A DNA stretch of 16,513 nt from Candidatus Krumholzibacteriia bacterium (GCA_046754105.1 JBHHVD010000072.1:1-16513), one strand, 5' to 3'. Positions 7,975-16,326 are shown, numbered from the stretch's first letter. The notes: generated by a model from the letters alone, not told the origin. A program made the numbers and translations.

Positions 7975-10764
7975 ATGGGACACCCTTACAACTCACTAAT
8001 TTCAAGTAGCTTACGGCGCTGCTCTTCCGCCGCGCGATTCCTCGCCGGCGGGGCGGCGCTGCTGGTGCTTTTATCGGCGGTACCGGGGGCCGGCCGCGCC
8101 GGTGGCTCGGGGCCCGGGGGGTGTGCCCGCGAGCTCGCCCGCATGAAGGCCGCCCTCGAAGATCTTCTCGCCACCCAGGACGCCGATGGCAACATCGCCT
8201 TCTATAGCGAGAACGATCTCTTTTTTAAGTACCCGCTGATTGCGTCGGTCGGTCTGCACGTCTATCGGGTCGATCGCGACGCCGCGTTCCTGCGCCAGGT
8301 CTTCGACGTCTCGACGCGTTACGCCACGTACTTGCTGTCGCGGTACGACGCGGACGGGGACTTCCTGCTCGAAAGAAGCACATGGGGCAACGACCACCCG
8401 CGCGAGGGCGAACTGGAGGGCGTGGGGTTCAACGCCGTTTATGCGCTCGACATGCTGGCACTCTCGCGCGCTGCCGTCGAACTGGGCACGCCGGTGGACG
8501 CATTGTACTGGTACCAGGGGATGCGAACGGTCAGCACTCAGCTCATAAACCAAACCTACGATCCACGATCCCGGTTCTTTCTGCCGGTGAGCAACGACCT
8601 GCAACGGAAAGAAAGCTTGTATTCGGCGTTGTCGGTGCTGCCCGTGTACTTCAACCGGCAACTCGGCGACAACCTGGCCGGATCGGTCATCCTCAATTAC
8701 GTGCTCAAGAAACCGGAGCCGGAGGTGGACTCGCCCTTGCGCTACTTGCAGTGGGACGCCGACGTCGGTGCGCGCGGTGTCGACCACTTGATGCGTTCCG
8801 TCCTGATGTTGGGAGCGCTGGACTGGAACGGCCACGCGGACGACGCGCAACGCTTCGCCGACGGGATGCGCCGGTACATCGGCTCCAACGGAGGCGGCGC
8901 CTACGCGGCCCCGGCCGAGGAGGATTACGCCGACTACCTCGCGTGTATCATCGCGGGTGGCGGACACGCCACGCTGTTCCCGCGTCACTCGGAATTGGCC
9001 CTGCTCGAGTCGCTGGCCGGGATCGACGGCGTACTCGACGCCAAACGGAAGGCCCAACTGCACGAGGGCATAGCCGTCATTCGGGATTTTCTCGTGCGAG
9101 ACGGCGCTCCGGATCCGGGCGACGGGGCGACGGTCGAGGCGGCGATGCGTCAGGTGTACTGGGCCATCTCGGCGATGCGCGCGAAATGGCGCACGAGGAC
9201 GCTGTTCACGCCCCCTCACCACGAGCGCGTCCCCGGCTTTGACCTCTACGCGGCATTTTCCGATCTTCTCGACGACGTGGTGGCGACTCTGGCCGACGTG
9301 GAGATGAGGATGTCCAGGGCGAGGTCGGCGGAGCGTGGATTCGAAATCACGGCGACACTCATGAACGAAACAGCTACGCCCTCAGGTAACGTCAGCATCA
9401 AGTTCGGCCTCTCGGCGCGTGCACAGGATATCGGCGTCAAATCGATCACCGTCACCCACGCGCAGACGACCGAGCCCCTCGTTGATTCGCCGGTGACACT
9501 GGCCGGCGGGGCGGCGGTGAGCGAATACTGGTTTCACGTCCCGTTACCCGCGCAGAGCGTGGCCACCGTCGTCCCCATCCGGCTGACGGTGGAAGTCCAG
9601 TTCACAGGAGGACCGCGGCTGCGTTATCACTTCACGCGCGGCGTCTACGTGACCGCGCCCGTCACGTACTCGGTGTCATTTCCCCAGGGGACCATTCTCA
9701 AAGGAGGACAGGTACCGCTCGAACTCAACCTGTCGAAACACGTGCAGCGCCGACTGGTCATCAACGCAGAGTGGTACAGTCCCGCAGGTCTGCGTCTCAA
9801 GGAGGGAAGCTCCCTGCGGTTGATGATGCCGGAGGACCGCGACGCCGCGGTCGTGAAAATGAACGTGCTGGTACCGACCCCGTGCCGGCCGGGCGCGTTC
9901 CCCTTTTTGCTGAAACTGTTTGCCAACGGCGAGGACCGGGGAACGCTCGCCGCCAACATGTTCAAACACTACCAGTGGATATTCCTCGGGCCGCTGCCGG
10001 CGGGCGGCGACGCGCTTCGAACCACCTACCCGCCCGAGCAGAACGTGAACCTGCGGGAGAGTTACCGGGGGCCCCGGGGCCCCGTCTCCTGGGCCGCCCT
10101 GCCCCACTCGGCGTACGCGCAAAACGGCGAGATCGACCTGACGGGTCTCGTTCCCGACGGCTCGATGAACTTCTTGTACACCGTTATCGCGGCGGCCGCC
10201 GCCAAGCGAACCGTCATCGCGTTCCAGACCGGCGCCCCCGCCGCACTCTTCGTGAACGGTGCCGAAGTAGCCGCGTTTCCTGAACCTGACGTGAACGTTC
10301 AGCGCGTTTCGATCGACCTGCGGGAAGGAATGAACAACATTCTCGTAAAGTTCCACGCCACCGGATCGAACAAGCTGTTCTTCCAACTCGGCGAAGAGGA
10401 AGATCTCACCTCCGATGAATTCAGCAACAACCTGTGGGAACTTGTGGATGGTTACCAGGAGCTGCACGACCGCGGCACGGCAAACACGACCGAGAGCCAG
10501 CAAGTCGTGACGCTGACCTACCGGGACCTCGGCGCGAATTCCGTCGCCGTCATTGGCAGCTTCAACGGCTGGTCACCGGTCAACTCCGGTATGCGCCGCG
10601 CGGGTAACGGCAACTGGGAGATCAGCCTTCACCTTTCGCCGGGGCGCTACTCGTACCGCTTTCTGGTCAACAACGATGAGCAGGTGCTCGATCCCCACTC
10701 CGCCTACGACGAGCCCGACGGGTACGGGGGCAAGAACTCGGTCCTGGTCGTTCGCAAACCGTGA
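7975..10764 (+). CDS. Predicted secreted multidomain carbohydrate-associated protein with C-terminal CBM48/AMPK-beta-type glycogen-binding domain
   Basis: Signal-peptide-like N-terminus (RFLAGGAALLVLLSAVPGAGRA). Helical region resembling (alpha/alpha)6 glycosidases (DADGD...FNAVYALDMLALSRAAVELG...YDPRSRFF...VLPVY). Beta-rich middle, a jelly-roll-like module (WIFLGPLP...LFVNG...LREGMNNILVK), and C-terminal VAVIGSFNGW...GNWEISLHLSPGRYSYRFLVN...DP...DGYGGKNSVL. Confidence 0.8.
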   Translation: MGHPYNSLISSSLRRCSSAARFLAGGAALLVLLSAVPGAGRAGGSGPGGCARELARMKAALEDLLATQDADGNIAFYSENDLFFKYPLIASVGLHVYRVDRDAAFLRQVFDVSTRYATYLLSRYDADGDFLLERSTWGNDHPREGELEGVGFNAVYALDMLALSRAAVELGTPVDALYWYQGMRTVSTQLINQTYDPRSRFFLPVSNDLQRKESLYSALSVLPVYFNRQLGDNLAGSVILNYVLKKPEPEVDSPLRYLQWDADVGARGVDHLMRSVLMLGALDWNGHADDAQRFADGMRRYIGSNGGGAYAAPAEEDYADYLACIIAGGGHATLFPRHSELALLESLAGIDGVLDAKRKAQLHEGIAVIRDFLVRDGAPDPGDGATVEAAMRQVYWAISAMRAKWRTRTLFTPPHHERVPGFDLYAAFSDLLDDVVATLADVEMRMSRARSAERGFEITATLMNETATPSGNVSIKFGLSARAQDIGVKSITVTHAQTTEPLVDSPVTLAGGAAVSEYWFHVPLPAQSVATVVPIRLTVEVQFTGGPRLRYHFTRGVYVTAPVTYSVSFPQGTILKGGQVPLELNLSKHVQRRLVINAEWYSPAGLRLKEGSSLRLMMPEDRDAAVVKMNVLVPTPCRPGAFPFLLKLFANGEDRGTLAANMFKHYQWIFLGPLPAGGDALRTTYPPEQNVNLRESYRGPRGPVSWAALPHSAYAQNGEIDLTGLVPDGSMNFLYTVIAAAAAKRTVIAFQTGAPAALFVNGAEVAAFPEPDVNVQRVSIDLREGMNNILVKFHATGSNKLFFQLGEEEDLTSDEFSNNLWELVDGYQELHDRGTANTTESQQVVTLTYRDLGANSVAVIGSFNGWSPVNSGMRRAGNGNWEISLHLSPGRYSYRFLVNNDEQVLDPHSAYDEPDGYGGKNSVLVVRKP

Positions 10765-11940
10765 GTCGTGTGACATCCTGTCGTACTTTTGCTCGAGACG
10801 GCGAACGAGGTATGACGTCGACACCGTCAAGACGGCGGCCACTACCACTACCACCACCCGCCACCCGCGGCGCCTGCCGTCCCACGAAGCGTGCATACCG
10901 GCCGCGATCAGCCCGCACACGGGGATCGAGGCGTAGTACACGTAGCGCAGCTCCAGCCAGTGCTTCGGCAAGGCGATGAAGCAAAACGGGAGGGTCGCCA
11001 GCACAACCCACGCGGAGAGGATGCGCAGGCACCGGCCGCCCCACACCAGCACGGCGGCCACCAGGACCAGGACGACGGAACCGAAGAACAACTGCAGGTA
11101 CCCCGCGACCCGGCCCACGACTTGCAGCGCGTCCGGAAGTGCAGACCCGGTCTGGCTCCCCTGGAGCGGAAACACGGCGAAGCCCAAATACCGCAGCAGG
11201 TACTGGGGCACGTCGAGCAGGGCCGCGCCCACGCTCCGGTAGGCCGCGAAATGGCCCGCCGCCATCGCCACGACCCCGCCCCACACGACGACCGGGCTCA
11301 GGATCCACAACGCGGCCCTTCGCCCCGCGGAACGATAGCCCCCGAGCCGCACCGCCACCAGCAGCAGAAACGGCGTCACCAGGCCGGCCTCGTGAAAGGC
11401 CGCCGCCGCCGCCGTCACCGCCACAATCACGGCCAACCGCCCGTTGCCGCGCCGGGATGCGGCCGCTTCCGCCCCGCGATCCATCCAGCGCACGGCGAGG
11501 GCGAGGGCGAGCAACGACAGCAGGACCGACATGAGTGGCCCGCTGGTGCTAGCCCACATCACCTGTTTGCCGTAGTGCCCCAACCCGATGAGGAAAAGAC
11601 CGCCGGCCAGGAGCGCCGTCGGCCTCGCGAACCCGAAACCGATCAACACACCCACGGCGAGCACGGAAACCAACACGTGCAGCAGATAGTTGAACAGCAG
11701 ATAACGCCCTCCGTTCGATCCGAACATCCGGTGCTCCGCGTAGAAAAGCGCGATCGCGCCAGGCCGGTAGAACGCGAACCGCTCGCTCGGCACGAACACG
11801 GCGGTCAGCAGAGGGTGGGAGGTTACGTGCTCGACAAAGACCAGGTCGTCGCCGCGAAGCGAATTGTCAAAGGAGGGTGAATAGAGGGCGACCGACAGCG
11901 CGAGGTAGAAGAGGTAGAGGAAATGCTCCTTCTTGAACAT
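10573..11940 (-). CDS. Polytopic membrane protein, GT-C fold glycosyltransferase-like
   Basis: N-terminal TM helix, then GDD and FYRP motifs in the first loop, HE after a later TM, ~10 or more hydrophobic segments, and RYVY near the end. The 3' end overlaps the convergent gene, so the true end is uncertain. Confidence 0.72.
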   Translation of the reverse strand: MFKKEHFLYLFYLALSVALYSPSFDNSLRGDDLVFVEHVTSHPLLTAVFVPSERFAFYRPGAIALFYAEHRMFGSNGGRYLLFNYLLHVLVSVLAVGVLIGFGFARPTALLAGGLFLIGLGHYGKQVMWASTSGPLMSVLLSLLALALAVRWMDRGAEAAASRRGNGRLAVIVAVTAAAAAFHEAGLVTPFLLLVAVRLGGYRSAGRRAALWILSPVVVWGGVVAMAAGHFAAYRSVGAALLDVPQYLLRYLGFAVFPLQGSQTGSALPDALQVVGRVAGYLQLFFGSVVLVLVAAVLVWGGRCLRILSAWVVLATLPFCFIALPKHWLELRYVYYASIPVCGLIAAGMHASWDGRRRGWRVVVVVVAAVLTVSTSYLVRRLEQKYDRMSHDSRFANDQDRVLAPVPVGLVVGGVGIEHLLIVVDQKAVRVAPRRKVKADLPVAVTRAAHTGVDR

Positions 11941-11947
11941 TCGGGTT

Positions 11948-12592
11948 TCAGGATTGCCCGTCGATCGAGCGCCGGAGACCGGCCACGAGCTCGTCGGCTT
12001 TGTGACCCTCGTCCGCGGTTGCGAGCTCTTTGTAACGGGTAAGCGCGTCGAGCGCCGCCCGAAACTCTTCGCTCATCGCGCTTACGATGCCAAGATTGAA
12101 AAAAACACCGGGGAAGTCGGGATCGATTCCGGCTGCAATCTCATAGTGCAGGCGTGCGGGCCGAAGCTCGCCGTTCTCGAAATAGAGGTTGCCGACGTTG
12201 TAGTGTGACTCGAAGTGGCGAGGATCGTGTTTGAGCGCGTTCTTGAAACAATCAAAGGCCTCGGCCCCACGGCGGCCGCTCGTGAGCATCACACCGAGGT
12301 TGCAGTACGCGTCCGCCGTGCAGTCACCATCCTCGATCGCCTTGCGGTATGCCTCGGCCGCCCGGCGATCCCCACGTTCGTCCAGCATCAGCGCTTCGTC
12401 GAAAGCGCTCATGCCCGTCGGCAGCGGCACGACGATACCCGCTCCCGGACGGGAGAACAGGCTCATCTGCCCCTGCTGCTCCATTCGTGTGCCGGTTGCC
12501 CGCCTTTTCTTGACACGCTCGAAACCGAACCTGCGCACGCCGTCCGAGGGGAAACGGATCACATTATCTGTCTTCTTTCCGGGCCTCACCAT
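11948..12592 (-). CDS. Tetratricopeptide repeat protein with low-complexity N-terminus containing GQMSLF
   Basis: About four TPR-like units (AAEAYRKAIE; DAYCNLG...AFDCFKNALKHDP; SHYNVGNLY...ARLHYEIAAGIDPDFP; VFFNLG...ALDALTRY). Starts 15 nt after the ku stop. Confidence 0.88.
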   Translation of the reverse strand: MVRPGKKTDNVIRFPSDGVRRFGFERVKKRRATGTRMEQQGQMSLFSRPGAGIVVPLPTGMSAFDEALMLDERGDRRAAEAYRKAIEDGDCTADAYCNLGVMLTSGRRGAEAFDCFKNALKHDPRHFESHYNVGNLYFENGELRPARLHYEIAAGIDPDFPGVFFNLGIVSAMSEEFRAALDALTRYKELATADEGHKADELVAGLRRSIDGQS

Positions 12593-12607
12593 TTCGTGCC
12601 GTTCCGG

Positions 12608-13501
12608 CTAGGCGCTCCGGCGTTTCTTCGCCTTTGCCCTCGCCGCGTTCTTGCGAACCGCCTTCTTCGCGGTCTTCTTCACCGTTTTCTTCTTGCCGAT
12701 CGCTTTGACCATCGGCTTCTTCTGTTTCTTCGCCTGCTCGATGCTCTGCTTGAGGGCCGTCATGATATCCACAACCGGTTTTTCCTCTTCTTCGACGGTG
12801 ACGATTTCCTTGCCCTTGACCTTGGCGTCGATCATTTCGCGTAGCGCCCCGTGGTAACGGTCTTTCATCTCGATCTTGCCGAGCGTGGTCGCCATTTTGT
12901 CCACGAGACTCCTGGCGAGTTTTAATTCTTCCTTGTCCGCGCCGCTATCACTCACCAGCGGAACGTCCTTCATACGGCGTATTTCCTCGGGGTACCGGAT
13001 CCGGTGTAGCAAGATCCCGCCCTCGTGTGGTGCTACGAGCACGACGTCTTCACGGTCACGCAGCACGACCTTGCCGATTCCGACCCTGCCGCTGTCGCGA
13101 AGCGCCGCGCCGAGCAGCGCGTAGGTCTTCGCCGCCACCTCGCCGTCCGGTCCCGCGAAATACGGCGACTCGAAGAGGGTCGGATGAATCTCTCCGGCGT
13201 CGACGAAGCCCTCGATCTCGATCACCTTCGTGCTCTTGAGCTTTACCCTTTCCACGTCGTCCTTCTCGAATACGACGTACTGGTCCGGCTCGTACTGGAA
13301 CCCCTTGACGATTTGTTCCGCCGATACCGTCTTGTCGCACTTGCGGCATTTCTTGTCGTACCCGACGCGACCGCTGCAGTCCCTGTGCAGCTGGTTGAAG
13401 CGGACGGTCTGGGCCGTATCCACGGCGTTGTAGATGCGGATGGGAATGGTGACCAGCGAAAAACGAATATGGCCCTTCCAGATGGATCTAAGTGGTTTCA
13501 T
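12608..13501 (-). CDS. ku: Non-homologous end joining protein Ku
   Basis: Start ATG 13501 (GGAG SD). RSIWKGHIRFSLVTIPI, FNQLH..C..RV.Y...C..C, IVKGFQY, I..FV, D.YH..L..MI.AK and VVDIMTALKQS motifs, followed by a Lys/Ala-rich basic tail. Confidence 0.97.
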   Translation of the reverse strand: MKPLRSIWKGHIRFSLVTIPIRIYNAVDTAQTVRFNQLHRDCSGRVGYDKKCRKCDKTVSAEQIVKGFQYEPDQYVVFEKDDVERVKLKSTKVIEIEGFVDAGEIHPTLFESPYFAGPDGEVAAKTYALLGAALRDSGRVGIGKVVLRDREDVVLVAPHEGGILLHRIRYPEEIRRMKDVPLVSDSGADKEELKLARSLVDKMATTLGKIEMKDRYHGALREMIDAKVKGKEIVTVEEEEKPVVDIMTALKQSIEQAKKQKKPMVKAIGKKKTVKKTAKKAVRKNAARAKAKKRRSA

Positions 13502-13540
13502 GTCAGGCTCCAAGCACGGTCAATGGGACGAAGACAACTC

Positions 13541-15865
13541 TCACACCAGATCGGGGCGCAGTCGCACGAACACCGGTTCTCTCAGCGTCCCGTTACGCGT
13601 TCGCGACGCGTATTGCACTTCGCACAGCAATTTGGGCTCCAGCCAAACGGTCTGCGCGTCGTCGGGGGGTTTTTCTTCGACCGGTCTCCGAGCTTGTTTG
13701 ACCTTCTCGAGCGCCGTCAAGATGTTTTTGAGAGAGCGATCGTCGAATCCCGTTCCCACCTTACCTACATATTCTAATACGTCTCCGCGCCGTTCGGCAA
13801 TATGGAGCGCGCCGAAGGTGTCGCCACGCGTTCCCCTTCCCATGGTATAACCGATTATGATGCAATCGGTTGTCTGGCGCGACTTGACTTTGAGCCATTG
13901 CCGCGAGCGCCGGCCCGCTGCGTACGTGCTCAGGCGCTCCTTCGCCATGATGCCTTCGAGGCCCATCTCCGCCGCTGCCCGGAAGAGCTGCGGTCCTTCC
14001 GCCACCGCTTCGCTCACACGGTATGGCGTCCCTTTGCGCACGGCATCCGCCATCCACTCACGGCGCCGGACGAGCGGCTCGGCCACGATGGGACGCCCGT
14101 CGAGGTATAGGCAATCGAAGACGTAGCACACGGCCGGGCTGCGGGTGCTGGCGCGGTGGATGGCCCCGTCGCTGCGCTGCTGGATACGCTTTATGACCTT
14201 TGAGAAACTGGGATGTCCTTCACCCTCGAGACATACGATTTCGGTGTCGAACAGTGCCGTGTTGGCGTGGAACGCCCCGTCGGAGACCGCGAGTTCGGGA
14301 AAGAGGTGGGTGATGTCCCGCTGCCTGCGGCTGCGGATGGTCAGTGCGCCGTCGTCGAGCGAGACGAGCGCGCGGATACCGTCCCACTTGACCTCGTAGA
14401 GGTACTGATCGGAGTCGGGGGTTTCGCGGGTGAGCGTGGCCAGCATGGGCTCGACGAGGTCTGAGAGCCAGTCGACCTGCGGCGTGTCCACGCGCTCGAG
14501 CAACCAGTCCTTGCCGCGGGTCCGGTGCATTCGGTATTCGGCGTTCACCTCGGGGCTCTGCAAACGAAAATAGAATCCGTCCTTCTTTTCCTTGGTAATC
14601 TCGTAGCGCCCCTGCGCGAAGACCCACATGTGACCGCCGCCGTATTCCCCCTTCGGGATCTTGCCTTCGAAGGCCAGGTACTCGAGCGGGTGGTCCTCGA
14701 CGTTGACAGCGAGCCGCTTGATGCCGGGGCGCGGCGGCAGCCCTTTCGGCACCGCCCACGAGCGCAGCACTCCCTCGTGCTCGAGGCGCAGGTCGTAGTG
14801 GAGGCGCGAGGCATGGTGACGGTGTACGACGAAGGCGCGGCCGGAGCCGGCGGCGTTGGCGGGGGCCGGTTCCGGGGTTTTGGGAAAGCTTCGCTTATCC
14901 GCGTACCGTGCGAGCGCATCGGGCGTCTTGTAACGCTCGGAGCGGGTGGTTTTGCGGGCTACTTTTCGTTTTGGTTTGCGCTGCGTGTGCAGCTCGGCGG
15001 CGTAAGCGCCGATCGCCTCCCACGGATCTCCGACTGAGATCACCGCCCCGGGGACGGAACGGATGTTGAGATCGGCCGGGTCGTCCACGGAATCGAGGGC
15101 GTCCCACGACAGCGGCGCGGACACGGGCGCACCGGGCAGTCCGCGCACGCTGTACGGCGCGACGATGGTCTGAAACCGCCGGTTGCGATAAATGTCCACC
15201 AGTACCCGCCCCTTGCGCGCGTCCTTCTTGATGTGCAGCGTCGTGCGGTCGCCGGTTTCGGCTACGAATCCCCTGGCGATGACCTGCGCCGCCTCGAAAA
15301 CGGGTTTGAAATCGTACCGGGGCTCGATCGGGATCACGACGTGGAGGCCCTTGCGACCGGTGGTCTTGACGAACGGGTGATACCCGAACCCCTCGATGTG
15401 CGTGCGCAGTTGGTGCGCCAGCGCCGCCACCCCCCTGAACCCGAAATCCTCCGGAGGGTCGAGATCGAAAACGATGTAATCGGGGCAGTCGTAGTTGGGC
15501 TTGCGGTAGTGGGTCTGGTGCAGCTCGATGCAGGCCAGGTTGGCCAGCCACACGAGAGAGGCCGCCTCGGTCAACAACATGTAGTCGATCTTCTTCTCAT
15601 CGCCGAGCGAGACGTAGTCGATCCACTCCGGCGCCCACTGCGGGCGCCGCTTCTGGTAAAACGTCTCTCCCGTTATGCCGTCCGGGTAGCGGACCAGAGT
15701 CAGGGGGCGCCCCTTGACGTGGGCGAGGATCGTCGGCGCGACGGTGAGGTAATACTCGATGAGCTCGGCCTTGACCACGCCATCGCCGGGAAAGAGCACT
15801 TTCTTGAGATTGGACAGCTCGATCCGGCGCTTGCCGACCTTGGTAACCTGGGAAGTCCTAGCCAT
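13541..15865 (-). CDS. ligD: DNA ligase D (primase-polymerase, phosphoesterase, ATP-dependent ligase)
   Basis: POL: RPLTLVRYPDG, IELH, FDLDP, KTTGRKGLHV, APYSVR. PE: KTPEP, HASRLHYDLRLE, SWAVPKG, VEDHPLEY, EYGGG. LIG: YEVKWDGIR, YVFDCLY, EGIMAK, WLKVK, VGKVGTGF, LREPVF. Confidence 0.97.
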   Translation of the reverse strand: MARTSQVTKVGKRRIELSNLKKVLFPGDGVVKAELIEYYLTVAPTILAHVKGRPLTLVRYPDGITGETFYQKRRPQWAPEWIDYVSLGDEKKIDYMLLTEAASLVWLANLACIELHQTHYRKPNYDCPDYIVFDLDPPEDFGFRGVAALAHQLRTHIEGFGYHPFVKTTGRKGLHVVIPIEPRYDFKPVFEAAQVIARGFVAETGDRTTLHIKKDARKGRVLVDIYRNRRFQTIVAPYSVRGLPGAPVSAPLSWDALDSVDDPADLNIRSVPGAVISVGDPWEAIGAYAAELHTQRKPKRKVARKTTRSERYKTPDALARYADKRSFPKTPEPAPANAAGSGRAFVVHRHHASRLHYDLRLEHEGVLRSWAVPKGLPPRPGIKRLAVNVEDHPLEYLAFEGKIPKGEYGGGHMWVFAQGRYEITKEKKDGFYFRLQSPEVNAEYRMHRTRGKDWLLERVDTPQVDWLSDLVEPMLATLTRETPDSDQYLYEVKWDGIRALVSLDDGALTIRSRRQRDITHLFPELAVSDGAFHANTALFDTEIVCLEGEGHPSFSKVIKRIQQRSDGAIHRASTRSPAVCYVFDCLYLDGRPIVAEPLVRRREWMADAVRKGTPYRVSEAVAEGPQLFRAAAEMGLEGIMAKERLSTYAAGRRSRQWLKVKSRQTTDCIIIGYTMGRGTRGDTFGALHIAERRGDVLEYVGKVGTGFDDRSLKNILTALEKVKQARRPVEEKPPDDAQTVWLEPKLLCEVQYASRTRNGTLREPVFVRLRPDLV

Positions 15866-16229
15866 GTTTTATTTTAGCACGTTTCGGCTCCCAGCGGTAG
15901 CGTTCGAGCGGCACTCGCCCTCCCGCCTCGAACACCACGCCCTCGGCCTCGAGCAGGATCCGCTGCAGCTCGTCGTGGTCCGAGGCGGAACGCGGACTGA
16001 TCCCGCCGCGCGCGTTGATGACCCGGTGCCAGGGGACGCCGCTTCGTCCCGGCAGGGCGTGCAGCGCGTAGCCGACCTGGCGCGCGTGCCCAGCGAGCCC
16101 GGAGAGTGCGGCCACCTGCCCGTAGGTCGCCACACGGCCGCGGGGGATGCGCCGTACGGTGGCGTAAATGCGGCGGTAGCTCTCCCCAGCCCGAACGTGC
16201 CGCGCGACTCCTGTACTGGTGTGTCTCAT
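15858..16229 (-). CDS. atl: Alkyltransferase-like protein (ATL/YbaZ, MGMT family, non-catalytic)
   Basis: IPRGRVATYGQVA, ARQVG, PWHRVIN (Trp in place of the MGMT PCHR Cys) and Q..LLEAEGV. The stop overlaps the ligD start by 8 nt. Exact start uncertain (no clear SD). Confidence 0.92.
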   Translation of the reverse strand: MRHTSTGVARHVRAGESYRRIYATVRRIPRGRVATYGQVAALSGLAGHARQVGYALHALPGRSGVPWHRVINARGGISPRSASDHDELQRILLEAEGVVFEAGGRVPLERYRWEPKRAKIKHG

Positions 16230-16243
16230 GAGGCATCCGCATC

Positions 16244-16272
16244 ATCCTACCAGGTACCCGGCCGCGCTGCCA
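16244..16272 (-). promoter_or_regulatory. Putative extended -10 promoter for the atl-ligD-ku operon
   Basis: Minus strand TGGCAG, 17 nt, TAGGAT (16249-16244), preceded by TGn (extended -10). Confidence 0.4.
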
Positions 16273-16289
16273 GCCCCCAGCGGCCGCCA

Positions 16290-16298
16290 TGGTATACT
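16290..16298 (+). promoter_or_regulatory. Putative extended -10 promoter for the DUF72 gene
   Basis: TG-G-TATACT (TGn + TATAAT with one mismatch), 28 nt upstream of ATG 16327. Confidence 0.45.
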
Positions 16299-16326
16299 CC
16301 CGGCAGCAAAAACCCGGGAGACTGCG

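Noticed and set aside
10838..10865. Short tandem (CCACTA/CCA)n run
   Set aside because: Encodes the poly-Val transmembrane segment of the membrane protein on the minus strand; no evidence of a phase-variable tract.
12608..12730. Lys/Ala-rich repetitive tail of Ku
   Set aside because: Basic C-terminal extensions are a known feature of many bacterial Ku proteins; not novel.
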